Source: Camelus dromedarius
Lineage: Eukaryota
Assembly (NCBI RefSeq): GCF_036321535.1
Contig: NC_087436.1
Location: 75,766,001 to 75,830,000 of the forward strand
Direction: 5' to 3'
DNA: 64,000 nt
A program made the position numbers and the translations under genes. Shown here in pieces: positions 12,402 to 25,140 of the stretch. Every line of letters starts with the position of its first letter. Within the stretch, counting starts at the first letter, position 1. The notes under the pieces were generated by a model, which ran no database searches, was not told the DNA's origin, and saw only the letters and a list, made by a program, of their open reading frames with translations.

Positions 12402-14578
12402 CTGGCTGCCCCATTTCTGCAGCTCTTTGACCTCAGACAAGATTCTCACACTGTTGTTCCTGACTTCCAGCGTTAACAACTAAGATATTTGAAGAAACTG
12501 CTGATGATTAGGTGCTCAGTTAAAGACTATCCAAGTCCTTAGGGCAGAAGTTAAGAGCCTAAAGCCAGTCCAGTTCAGGTTCAAATTCTAGCTCTAAACA
12601 TACTAGTCACCGACAAACTATTTAAACTCTTTGTGCCTCTGTTTCCTTATCTTGAAATTTGATAGTAATAATTAAATCAACCACCTTGGAGTACACAGAT
12701 TAAATGGATCAGTGCATGTAAGCACTTAGAACAACCCAGCAAATAGTATGCACTCTGTGAGTGCTACTCACCACTAACTGTAGTAACACATGGTATGCTC
12801 TGTAACGAAGCTGCTAAAAATGCTGTGAACCACTATGCACCATTAAAATGTATAGATATAGATAGGTAGATACACGTGTTCAAGAGACACATGTGATATT
12901 TGGCTACGTAGGAAAAAAGAACGTTAACAAAACACTGGGAAACAGAAAACCAGAGAAACTGGGAGAACAGATACGGCTGAGGTCACTGTTCATTGTTCAT
13001 CTGTGGGTGGTAGGATGACAGGTAATTCATTTTCTTCTTTTTTCTGATTTGTGTTTTGTAAAATTCTAACAATAATTGATTTACTAATTTTAAAACATTT
13101 TTTAATGAAATATAAGGAAGTTTGGTTATTAAAAGGTGCCCAGAGCTCAAATGAAGGATTGATGAGACCTGTCAGGGAAGGATTCTCTGGGAATGGAAAC
13201 TCTGAGCTAGGTATTAAAGGAATTCATTGGTAGGAGCTTTGAAGACATAAAGATTGGCACAGAGATGAGGACAAGCTCCCAAGAACTGCCCAGTTATGTA
13301 GCCTTGATTATATGGGAAAGTCATGCAACAAAGAGTGCCTGGGATACGTGGGTCACCAACCCTTTGTGGAGAGCCTTCTCCGGGCCTGAATAGTAACAGC
13401 CAACCCTTAATGCCCACTTGTTTCCTATTTCTGCAGTATCTAGTGGAAAGTTAAGCTCCTCCCTCTCTTTCTCTCTCTCCCCCTTGCTCTCTCTCACTCT
13501 CTCTTTTTCTCTTTCTGATTTCAGAAATCTCATTGTGGGCAATAGCTAGAGACAAGTTTAAGTCTTCTTTGTGATGGAACCCACAGCACAGATGCTCATT
13601 GTATTGCCTGCTTTCCAGATATAGACAGGTAATGTGAGAGCCACGGAGACCTCTCTGTCACGGCTTTGAACCAGTGTAAGACCCATCTCGTGGATGTACA
13701 CTCAAAGCGGGGTCTTTCCTAAGAAGAGGGTGATGCACAGCAACATTCAGCTGGGAATGGTCCTACTTTTCCAGCTCTTTCTGTGTCTCACCAGGGACCT
13801 CAGGACTCTAAGGAGGCACCAGATTGTGCAGCAGGCACGGCCAGCCACCTCAGGCACCTGGCAGTCATTTCAGGTCTTCTGGGTACCAGCCTACACCTTA
13901 GCCTTCTGTCACTGGAGGGCTAAATTTGACAGCAATAACTGGAGGATGTCTTCAATTTATTCAGATATGTTTCTGGAGATAAGACTTGGTGACAAGGAGA
14001 AAAGCAGCTTCCTTCCTCTTTCTACCTCCTCTCTTCTTAAGCCCTCTGCTTTAATTTATGGCTGACTTGAGCAATGTTGACAAGACAGAGGAACGTCTTT
14101 CCAATGTTTAGTCTACTTTTAATTATTTCAATATGGAGACCTTCCCTGGCCACCAAGCAACCAACTGTCCATTCTTGATTTTCTCCTCACTCTTACTTCT
14201 GGGAGCTGGTTGTGTCATTTGGTTGGTCTAGGTGCAGCCAGAAACTTCTGGAAGGTCCAAGGTTTCCCAGAACTTATAATCTACCCAGAGAAAGTCCCTG
14301 TGGGGAAACTCCACAAATCTATCTCTGGTTACGCCTCTGGGGACACTGGGGTTGTCTTGCTTCTCCTGGGCTGCTCTTGTCATCCTCAGTGTGATGGTTC
14401 TGTCTCCTTTCCTCTGGGAAAACAGCCTCCTGACCTGCCCCTTCCTAGGTATTAACTGAAAGACTCTAAGCTCCAGAGGCGTAGTCTGAGTTCAAATACC
14501 ACCCACTTGCTGTGCAACTTTGGGCAAATCACTTAGCAAAGCTGATCCACCATTTCCTTCTGTTTATAAGACGGGAGT

Positions 14579-15018
14579 AGTGAAATAAGTCAGACAGAGA
14601 AAGACAAATACTGTATGATCTCACTTATGTGTAGAATCTTTTTTAAAAAATGGAACTCATAGATACAGAAAACAGACTGGTGGTTGTCAGGGGCGGTGTT
14701 TGGGAGGAGGATGAAATGAGTAAAGGCAGTCAAAAGGTACCAACTTGAAGTTATGAGATAAGTTAAGTCCAGGAGAGGTCATGTAGAACATAGTGACTAT
14801 AGTTAATAATACTGTATTGTATATTTGAAAGTTACCAAGAGAGTAAATCTTAAATGTTCTCATTACAAGAAAAAGGAAATACGTTACTATGTGTGGTGAT
14901 GGATGTCAACTAATCCTATTGTGCTAATCATTTTGAAATACAAACATATATCAAATCATTATGTTGTACACCTAAAACTAAAATTACGTTAATGTCAATT
15001 ATATTTCAGTTTTTTAAA
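14579..15018 (+). mobile_element. L1MA-like 3' end (L1MA9-like) inserted in a MIR
   Basis: agtgaaataagtcagacagagaaagacaaatactgtatgatctcactt ... gtgactatagttaataatactgtattgtatatttgaaagtt ... atcaaatcattatgttgtacacct. Confidence 0.85.
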
Positions 15019-15341
15019 AAGATGGGAATAATTTATGGAACTCATAGTGCCAGGAAGGCCCCCAAGGAGGGATGACTGGATCTGTTGTGGAAGACACGAG
15101 GAGTTAAATGAGGTAACAAAGGTTCCTTGACAAAAAGCACCTAACACAACATCTGAAATATAGTAATAATTGGATATTATTTACACCTTTCCCCAATTAC
15201 CTATTTTCTTTTGCTATACCTAGCACATGCATATGATCCTTTTGGTTTCAAGGGTTTTACTATTAATAATTATAGGGTAACTGACAAAGGGCTGCATATT
15301 CTGTTTAATAATCTTGGGCAACTTCTGAAGCTTAACAATCT

Positions 15342-15486
15342 TTTTTGTTTTGTCTTTGTTTTGGGGGAGCTGGAAGTAATTAGGTTTATTTATTTATATA
15401 TTTATTTTAATGAAGGTACTGGGGATTGAACCCAGGACCTCAAGCATGCTAAGCACACGCTCTACCACTGAGCTATACCCACCCCC
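15342..15486 (-). mobile_element. Vic-1-type SINE
   Basis: ggtactggggattgaacccaggacctcaagcatgctaagcacacgctctaccactgagctataccc; TSD ctgaagcttaacaatct / ctgaagtttaatactct. Confidence 0.9.
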
Positions 15487-15999
15487 ACTGAAGTTTAATA
15501 CTCTCGACTCCCTTGCAGAGAGGAGAATTCAGCTTCCCTTGGACTTTGGCTTTAAGACCTCACATTCTTTTCTCAGAAAACAGACCTGAAGACCCAGTAG
15601 GTGGTAACTGTGCTCTGATCCTCTCAGGTGTTTTCCTTTCAATAATAACAGGGACTGTTTTCTTAAGTTGAATATGGACAATTTATAGTTATCTCATTTA
15701 ACCTCACAACAAATCCCATGAGGCAGGTAACATTATCCCCATTTGTCAGTTAGAAAACTGAAGCTCAGAAGGCTGAGTGTCACCCAGGATCACACAACTA
15801 GATCACTCTGGAACCACAATACAAACCGAGTATCTACAGCTGCAGATTCCATGCTCCTGACACTCTCACCGTGATGACTTGATACAACAGTAGACGCGGC
15901 TGCAAAGCTCTTTCCTTTAGAGGCCTTTTTCCAAGGGGAGAAGGGTCTGGAAACTTGGATGCCACATGAACCCCCTAGCTTCCTGCCCCAAGCAACTTC

Positions 16000-16640
16000 A
16001 TGATATATCACGGGCATCTAACAGCCACGAGTACTGAAATCCGAATTCGTTCCTCGGAAGTTATAGATTGGTAATGTCAGGTCATCTGTCTTACAGGATG
16101 AAAGCCACCCTGACAAAGAAAGCAGTGACAGCGTCTTTAAATCTTCGGAGACTGACTGATCAGGAGGCCCTCAGACCGGAAGTGAACGGTTGCCGCATGT
16201 TGTCTGCTCACTGATCGTGGGCTATCAGTAGCTAAGAAATCGAGGATGTGCAAGGCAGGGCAGGTGAAAGGGCAGAGTTGGAACACTGAACAAACTTTCC
16301 AGCATTACTACATAACTTCCTTGATTCGTGGGGGAAGTGTGCTATTTTTCGTCTCTGCTTCCCCACGCTGCGCAGAGCAGCGGTACTGAAACCAGTCAGC
16401 AACGGGGCCTGCAGCTTCAAAAGGTCATGCTGCTGCGGGTGCATTTTGAGTTGCAGTGATAGCAGACACGCAGGCAAACATCCAGAGGACTGGCAGGGCC
16501 CAGGCCTGAGCCGCAGGGGAATCCGCCGTTTCTGGAGCTTCTGGGAGGGGAATACGAGTCAAGAGAGGAAACCGAGTGATGAGGAGGAAGGCCATGCAGA
16601 GCTATGGGGAGAAGCAGCAGAGCCCCCCTTTGCTCCCGAG
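16000..16640. promoter_or_regulatory. Candidate enhancer/promoter (CpG-retaining, ETS motifs)
   Basis: Non-repeat-looking block with roughly 25 CpGs by eye in about 640 bp; consensus ETS site ACCGGAAGTG at 16175-16184 and a second GGGGAAGTG near 16331. Confidence 0.35.
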
Positions 16641-16879
16641 ACATATCTAATAAGGCAGTGGTGAAAGAACAGCATGTCTTGATGGTCTACTCTGTGCTCA
16701 GCACTATGCTGCCTGCTTTATAGAGGCTCTTAGGCACAGTGGAATGTCAGGTCTGGGGTATGAGGGCAAAGCAGGAAGCAGTGAAGGCAAACTGTGTCTT
16801 TGTCCTAACTTCTACCAACTACTCTGAGAAATCGGGAAAATCATTCCATTTCTCTGAGTTCTTGTTTCATCTTTAGTTC

Positions 16880-17094
16880 AAGGTTTGCAAATACTAACAA
16901 CTACATACAAAGTAGATAAAAAACAAATTTCTTCTGTATAGCACAGGGAACTATATTCAATATCTTATAGTAACCTATAATGAAAAAGAATATGAAAACA
17001 TATGGATGTATATGTCTGACTGAAACATTATGCTGTACACCAGAAATTGACACATTGTAACTGACTATACTTCAATTAAAAAATAAATAAAAAG
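16880..17094 (+). mobile_element. 5'-truncated L1 3' end
   Basis: tatagcacagggaactatattcaatatctt...tgctgtacaccagaaattgacacattgtaactgactatacttcaatt plus A tail. Confidence 0.88.
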
Positions 17095-17269
17095 TACATT
17101 TGGTATTGGAAAAATAAAGTTGTCTTTAATTAAAAATCAAATCAAATCAAATTAAACTAATAATATCTATATTAATCATTGAGCCCATCAATATTAATTG
17201 AAAGCCTACTGTGTGCTAAGTGGCATAAAAGCTGGATATATATATGTAGGTAAATTAAAATAAACCAGT

Positions 17270-17455
17270 GTCTTATAAGTAAGTTCTGGGAATGTAATGT
17301 ACACCATTGTGATTACAGTGAACAATACTGTATTGCTTATTTGAAAGTTGCTAAGAGAGAAAATCTTAAAAGTTCTCATCACAAGAAAAAATTTTTGACT
17401 GTGTGTGTGATGGATGTTAACTAAATTTATCGCGGTGATCATTTTGTGGAATTTA
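17270..17455 (+). mobile_element. L1MA-like 3' fragment
   Basis: aatactgtattgcttatttgaaagttgctaagagagaaaatcttaaaagttctcatcacaag; same family as 14579-15018. Confidence 0.75.
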
Positions 17456-18419
17456 CAGTCTATGGATACAAGCAAGTGTGATAAATTATATAAAATGCTT
17501 GGGATTTGGCACTTATTATTGCATTTAATCTTCACAGCAGTCCTATGAAGAGCGTGCTCTTTTCATGTCAACATTATCTATTATTATTAAATGTTAAAAA
17601 AAAAAAAACTCAGATAGATCCAGACTGAGAAAAAATACTGAGTACTAGATTCATCTTAGTTGCAAAAGTTAAATGGCCATCATTAGCTGATGGTTCCACA
17701 GAATCAGTTTGAAAATGTGGTATATTCCATATTCAACAATAGACCATGTCTTTCATTGATTTTCACCTTTTGTCAGTGGATATTTGTGGTCCATCATTGT
17801 ATTCTTAGTGCCTAGCCTAATGCCTGGTACGTATTAGGTGATGGACACATAATTGTTGCATAAAATTGAGCACTTATTACATTACATTATATTACATTAC
17901 ACTATTACCAGGCATCACTTACTCTGAAACTTACATTGTGTCTGATCTTTGTTCTTAGAAATTGTGTTAGGGCCCATGGATAAAGACAATAAATTCTGGC
18001 CCAGTAAGCTTTAGAAAGATGTGTCAACAGAAATGAAGGTAGGGAAGAATGGTAGAAACTGGTCTTAGATGGAGAATTTCCCCCGAGAATCCAAAATAAC
18101 TCCTCTGTCTCTACTTTGAACCCACCTCTTCTTGCTCCAAGATATTACTCATAATGATGGGTGTTCCCCCAAGATTCTGACCCTGGATTTCTGCTTTACC
18201 AGAAAAACTTACCAGGGTAGTTTTTGTGAAGTTGCTTAATTTTAACCGTTCTTAGCTTCTTCTTATGTAGGTAAAAGTGGGACAGTGCCAACGTCCCTGA
18301 TCAAGAGGATTAAATAAAGTGATGTATCTGAGAGTAGCCTGCATGTTGAATGAAGGGCTGGGAAAGCAGATGCCGGTACAAGTCCATGTTGCAGTAAGGC
18401 TAGATGGAGAGGAAGCGGA

Positions 18420-18851
18420 GATGTCATTGCTGCCCCACCTAAGCCCCCCCGACCCTCAGCATTCCATACACGCTGACTGCTCCTCACGGCAGTGCCTGTG
18501 TCTAGCTGTCAGAGCTTGCCTTGGCCCAGGGCAAGGGCGGAATGGCAGCAGCAGGAGGCTAGCGCCCCTGGCATGGCCCTCAGCTAATGACAGGTGGCAG
18601 GCAGTAGATAATACCAAGTGCTCTCCTCTCTGAGCTGGGACAGCTCTGAGGTATGGTCTACACTGCCTGCCAGAGACCCCCTCCCCAAGGGAGGACCAGC
18701 CCCAGTTGTCCACGGTAATAACCTGCTCATAGCACACCAGTATGTGCTCCCTTCCCTTTTCTATTTCACAACCGCTCTCACCTACCAGTGCCTGCTGGGA
18801 TCCATGGATCCTTGTCTCAGGGTCTCTTTCTGGGGGAAGTTATCCTAAAAT
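18420..18851 (+). mobile_element. LTR16-family (ERVL) solo LTR
   Basis: cctcagctaatgac...gggacagctctgagg...cccagttgtccacggtaataacctgctcat and 3' end atccttgtctcagggtctctttctggggga, as recalled for LTR16. Confidence 0.7.
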
Positions 18852-19845
18852 AGATTATTTTAAGCAGGAGGCATCACTCTGTGTGCAAAGTTGTAAGGTT
18901 GCTGGGTAGAGGAATTGAGGGAAGAAAATGGAGGCTTATGGGGGTAGAAATAATCTAGAATGGTCAGTTCTCCAAGTCGGTGTGCTGGGGAGTTACCAGG
19001 AGACTTCAGCAGAGATGGCAAGGTAGGAGTCATGGTGCAGCTCAAGTTCTAGAGCCCTGAGTAAGAAATGAGCCATATCTTCAGAGTTTCTCATTTTCCT
19101 CCAAAAACACAGGGTAACTTGGAAAAGGAGGAAGAGCGCACATCTAACGATTACCTAGCAAGTTACTACCACCACCTACCACTGCTTTACATGCACTTCA
19201 CGGGTTCTTTGAATGTCAGGTCTGGGGTGTGGGGGCAAAGCAGGAAGCAGTGCAGGCAAACAGAATTAGCAAATGAAGGAGCATAGGTTGTGTGAAGCGG
19301 GAGAGATGCCGGGGGAAGCAGGGTGGACCTGCTGCGTGGGGTGGAGGGAAGGACAGGCTGTGTGACTGCAGGTGGGGAAGCCAAGCTCAGAACAGACCTG
19401 TGCAGGCTGAGTGTGACTTTGCAGCCTGAGGTGGACCAGAGACAGAGGTCACTAGCCCAGGCAACATGCGTGGGGTCAGGGGATCAGGAAGGTTAACACG
19501 GATTTGAAGTCGTTAAAGATGAGGGCAAGGGACAGGGCAGAAGGGAAGTGAAAGGAGTCAGCTGAGAGAGTCTCAGGAAGTGAGAACAGATCCTGTCAGT
19601 CTCGCACTGAGACATGTGGGCTGCACCTGACCAGATGAGAGTGGGTGAGGGGAGTGAGAAGGGGAGCAGGCACACTGCAGAGAGGGAAGAGCTGGCGCTC
19701 CACCTCGCCCTCTGGCTCCGGGGAGTGGGAGACAATAACACCCCCACGCTAAGAACTATTGGGAGAAGAGCCATGTCATCGGAGAGCATGCTTCAGGCAA
19801 GGAGACGAAAGAAAGTGGTCGGAAATAGATGTATATTCATGAAAA

Positions 19846-20345
19846 TGTAATGGTTAATTTAATTGGTCAACTGGCTAGGCCACAGCACTTGGGTATTTGA
19901 TCAAACATTATTCTACATGCTTCTGTGAAAGTATTTTTTAGATGCACGTAACATTTAAATCAGCAAACTTCAAGGAAAGCAAATCACCCTCCATAATATG
20001 GGTGGGCCTCATCCAATCAGCTGACAGCCTTCACAGGAAAAGGCTTTCCTCCCCGGAAGAAGGGGAAACTCTGCCAGCAGGCAATCTCTGGACTTGAACT
20101 GCACCGTCAGCTCTCCCCTGGGTCTCCAGCTTGCTGACCAAACCCTGCAGTTTTTGGACTTGCCTGCCACCCCAATGGTGTGAGCCAATTCCTTAGATTA
20201 ATCTCTCTCTGTATCTCTCAATAGATAGATGATAGACAAATGACAGGGATGTGGATATGGAGATAGACGTACACACACTATATCTATATCTTTATGTCTA
20301 GACACACACATGCACCCAACTGGTTCTGTTTCTCTGACTAATACA
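19846..20345 (+). mobile_element. MLT2 (ERVL) solo LTR
   Basis: tgtaatggttaatt...tcaccctccataatatgggtgggcctcatccaatcag...gagccaattcctta...ggttctgtttctctgactaataca; TG...CA ends. Confidence 0.88.
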
Positions 20346-22694
20346 GACACTCTAGCTTTCCCCACCATGGCATGGGGATTCCAGCGAATATACTGAAAGG
20401 CAAAATGGCAATGGGGTGAAGGAGAACAGAGATGGGGTGAGGGGGGCAAGACTGACTGAGCAGGGAAATTGAGGATAAAGAACAGACTTGAGGGATTCAT
20501 GAGAATAATGGCGTAAGTTCCCATCAATTAGGTGTAATTGCAGAAAATGGACCACTCTGGTTATTTTAATAGAGTTTGGATTTAACATAGGGAATTCGGT
20601 GCTTACAAAACCTTAGGAAAAGCCGAGTTTCAGGAAATGATTCCTAGAACAACACAGCAAATGGCCTTCCACGGAACTGCTTCCAGGGAATCGGCTTTAG
20701 CTGAATTCCAGGGAACCAAACACCATGGGGGCTGACTTTTCTGTTAGGTACAGTAGGAGCAATGACTAGTGCCTGCAATATATTTAGACGCCCATAAAGC
20801 TATTTTAATTTCTTTTAAAATCGGGAGAAAAAAATGAAGTTGTAGGCTGAATTAAATATCTAAATATGTGGTAATCATATATTAATCTTTGTCCCAATGC
20901 AGTCATACAGTATTTTTTTTAATGGAGGACAGGGCTATAAATTAGGCAAGAGTACTTAGGGCCATGGAAAGGCACAATGTGGCCCTGAAAGCCATTGCTG
21001 CTGCTACCTTTGTAGCTGGCTTCTGACACCTCTGAAACTAGTGACAAACCCTGTCATGCACTGTAAGAAAAGCACGTTGGACAAAAGAGACAGTGAAAAA
21101 AGAAGAAACCCTCATTTTCACCTTCTTAACTGATGCAAATCCATCCACTCAGGGGAAGTGATTTTTTTCCCCCCAAAGTTCTAGCTCCAGAGGAATCTGG
21201 AACATACAGTTTTTAGATTTCCAGTCTCTGCAGTACCAGAAGACACACATGAGTGGGTGCTGAGAGCCTTCTCGTCACATCCATCACACTTAGGTTAGTT
21301 AGCAGGAGTACAGCAGGGCCTCACACTAGAGGAAAGGAAGGACAGAGGGCCCTGATGTAAAATAAGTTAAACTTTTCTGAAAATGAAAGAAATGCTGCTT
21401 TGCTCCCCCAGGACAGCCTGTGTTTCTGGCCAATAGTGACAGTGAGTCTCAGGTTCTGGTCCTACCCTAATCCAACAGATGTTACAGTTAGAAGGAATCA
21501 GTCTACTCCCCCTTACCCAATTTTACTAGCATGGACTTTATGGACCATGTGTTATTCCTTAATTAAGTCTACAGCCTAGAGAATGCTAGGCTCTCACTGG
21601 CCAGTGTACCTCTGGGTTGAGGATGGAAAAATCACCAGAACCTTTGAAACTGAGAATGGGGAAGGAGTAAGTCCCTGATGAAAATCAGGGAGTGTTATAA
21701 AGAATGCTAAAAGCTCAAATAATCAGAAATGTCCATAAGTATGGAAAATCTCAAGTTTATGCTTATTCAAATTTACTACATTAATACTGTGTGACTTTAA
21801 AAAAAAAATACTGTGTGACTTCTGACACATCCCACAACTGAAGGAGATAGTGTGCAGTGTGTGTTGACTGTAAATCTGAGAGGATGAGCAACACTGATTT
21901 GGTAGAAAGAGTACAGAACTAGATTTCAGGATCGCTGAGTAATAATCTTGAGTCTTGTTTTGACCATGAATCTTTCCATGTGATCCTGAGTAATTCACCT
22001 TTCTGGTTCTCCAGCCTTTTTCCACCCCCATTTGTTAAGCAGACGAAAGAAACATCTGCCTGTGTTACTTAGCTCACTGGGTTACTGTGTGGCTGAAATC
22101 AGATAAAATCACGATGCAAGATGAGGAACATAGTTTTATCAGTTCATCGTGAGACTTGTTTCCATACAAATATTACATATTTTGTTTCACTTCTAAGAGT
22201 TATGCAGTTCTTGACTTCCTGACTGCAAGATTGAGGCAAGTTTCTTTGGTTGTTTCCAACAACTGAGTCCAAAGTTTAATCAGATATTTATTTACTGATC
22301 TCTTACTAAGAGAGAACATTTGAAAAGTTTGCATAAGATCTGAGATGAAGGCAATCCATGGACAGGTTTTCTTTCATTCTTATCCGTTCATTCCTTCCAC
22401 AGATCTTTCTAAGTACCTATTGCATGATAAACAGTATAAATATGGTCCTGAATTCATAGTGCTTAGAGTCAAGGTGGCATTAAGATATTAAACCAATAAT
22501 CATGCCAGTGACTATATAATCACAAACAGACAAGAGCGATAAGACACTGGAATGGGGACTTGTATTTTGATTGAAGGAAGCCTTTCTGGTGAAGTGACAT
22601 TTAATCTGAAACTCAATTGTGCTGATGGCGGAGGTGGTGAGTAAGAATCAGGAGTGTTCCTGACAGAGGGACAGGCTGGTGTAAATGAACCATA

Positions 22695-23870
22695 CTGAGT
22701 GTTTGCTATTTTTGTCCACCCAGCACCCCTATCCCATTCCTTTTTTTCCTTTTGGTAACCTAAACCTTCTTTCCTGTGAGAAACCCACTTCCTGTATCTT
22801 AGGCAGATATCTGACTAAGACTCACCCATTCTTTCCCCCAGGCTACGGTGACTGGTTCAGGGATGGGAACCTATTTAAAGCTACCCAGCCAAAGTGTCCT
22901 CTGGAATCTTTCTTCTAGAATATCAGGATAAGCAGAATCATTTGGCTGTAATTACTAAGTAAGAATGCATAACAGTGTACGAGTTAGCCAACTGCGTGCT
23001 TTGAGGGCGCACAGTTCACACAAGAGCATCCTCACTTCTGACACCACCTGCGTGTTTGATATTTCCCCACGACTACCACCGGTTTTAATAATTAACTGAA
23101 AGGGCTCACAAGCTCACTGAAAGCTGCTGTACTCATGGTTACAGTTTGTTACAGGGAAAAGATACCGATTAAAGTCAGCCAAAGGCAAAGACCCATAGGC
23201 CAGGAGGGTACCAAACTTGACTTTGAGTTGTCCTCTCCCTGTGGAGTCAGGAAAGCATTACTCTCTTGACATCCATATGTGACAATATGCACAGAACGTC
23301 ACCAATCAGGAAAATCGTTTCACCATCAGTGCCTAGATTTTTATGACCTAAGTGACTGATTGCCCACATGGGTAGTCTCAGTCTCCAGCCCCTCCAGAGG
23401 TTACTGAGACCAAAACTCAAACTTCCCACCTTAACACATATTGTTGTTGTGGATCAAAGGCCTTGCTGTTACTATTCTGCTGTCTGGTCTACAGCCTCCA
23501 GGCAAACACAGACAATTTTATCAAGTAGGATGTTCCAAGTGCCTGAAGATTATCTCCCAGAAGACAAGGATAAAGGCCAGAGCTGTCTTTGGGTAAGACT
23601 AATTCTTCATTACATAAATTGACATCTCTAGACAGTGGATATCTTGCTTCTGTGATGACAGTTTGTGTCAAATCAAAGGAACCAAATCAAAGTTTAGCAG
23701 AATTAAAAGATGAAGCAACAGAGCAATATGGTCACAATTTGAGTTTCTGGAATTAGCCATGTCTGAAGCCTGCCACATGTTAGGTTCATTATTTACATGA
23801 GCTACTATGTTCCTTTTTTGGTTAAGTTTGTCTGAGTTGGTTTTTGTGCTTGTGATTAGAGAAGTTCTGA
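22695..23870 (+). mobile_element. MLT1 (MaLR) LTR split by a MER21C insertion
   Basis: 5' part (ccacccagcacccct...gtgactggttcagggatggg) and 3' part (gtctgaagcc...tgagttggttttt..cttgtga) on either side of the MER21C element. Confidence 0.6.
22976..23614 (-). mobile_element. MER21C-like solo LTR
   Basis: tcacttctgacacca...ctcactgaaagctgctgtactcatggttacagtttgttacagggaaaagatac..attaaagtcagccaaag; TG...CA ends. Confidence 0.75.
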
Positions 23871-24774
23871 GGTAGGAAAGAACTTGTTATTTCAAAGATT
23901 TGAAAGAAAAGCTGGAATGTAACGAGCAAAAGGAAGTGAGGGCTAGATAACACTAAAGACATGGGCAGAGGCAAGATCATATAAGAGTTGGTATGCTGAA
24001 TTAGGGATTCAGGAATTTATCCTAAAACAGTGAAAATCTAACGGATTTTCAGAGGGAAGTGACAATATCTGATTTACATTTTTAATCATAGATGTGGAGA
24101 ACAGAAGGGGTTGTAGGAAAGAATGGAGATGAAGGAGAGTATCTACATTTGAGAAAAATTACGAGGTAAAATTGGCAGGACATGATGATTGATTGGCTGT
24201 GGATTGGGAAGAAGAAGGACATGTCAAAAATTACATCAAATTTCTGGCATGAGCCACTACTTGAATGGAAGTACCATTTGTTGAGATGAGGAAATGGAGG
24301 ATAGGAGTTGGAGATCAGTTTGGGATATGATAAATTCAAAATGTCTATGTGTCATTCACATAGAGATTGTTTAATGGAACCAGGAGAAGAAAACATGTCA
24401 TGAAGAAAACATTGGCTGACTGTGTTAAATCCTGGGAGTTACACTGAGGACCAGAAAGTATCTGCTGGATTTGGAAGCACAGTGCTTATTGAATACTTCA
24501 GCAAAAGCAGTTATAATGGAATGGTGGCAAAGAAACCATGTGGATTGGGCTGAAGGGTGAATGGAAAGCAAGCAATTAAGACTGCACATAGACAACTTCC
24601 TAATAAGATTGTCTATGAAAGGAGGTAAAGAGAAAACTGGGCAGGACTGTGGAGTCAGAAGAAGGTCACTTTTTGGTCTTGTTTTGTTTAAAGATGGAAG
24701 ATGCTTGGTCATGTCTGAATGCAGACTGATTCTAGTAGAGAGAAAAGTGGAAGATGTAAAGGAAAGAAAAGTAA

Positions 24775-25140
24775 TGTGTTAGGGTAACAATAACTGCTAT
24801 AACAAAAGGACTTGGCAAATGTAAAATTTTAAAACAGAAGTTCTTAGTGGCGAGTGGGTCTCTCCAACCCATGGTTCAGAGACCCAGCCTCCATTCATCT
24901 TGTGGATGCCTTATCTTTAATGTATGAGTTTCAGCTTTGCTATGCTTCTCTGCATCGAGGGAGCAGAAGGGAGAAATCTTCTTGCTTTTCAAGCTTCCTG
25001 GTCAAGAAGTAACCCTTGTCACTTATCATCACATGATATTGACAAGAAATAGTCACATGGCCTCACTTGGAAGCAAGGGAGGTTGAGGAACATAGTCTCA
25101 GGCTAGACAGCCACTTTCTAGCAGCGACTCTATAGATTAG
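24775..25140 (-). mobile_element. Old MLT1 LTR (J/K/L-like)
   Basis: tgtgttagggta..ctgctataacaaa...attgacaagaaatagtcacatggcc...gcaagggaggttgaggaacatagtc. Confidence 0.65.

Noticed and set aside
20745..20987. Possible hAT-Tip100-like element inside an old LTR-like region
   Set aside because: Only one plausible terminus (gtggccctg); the family could not be assigned from memory.
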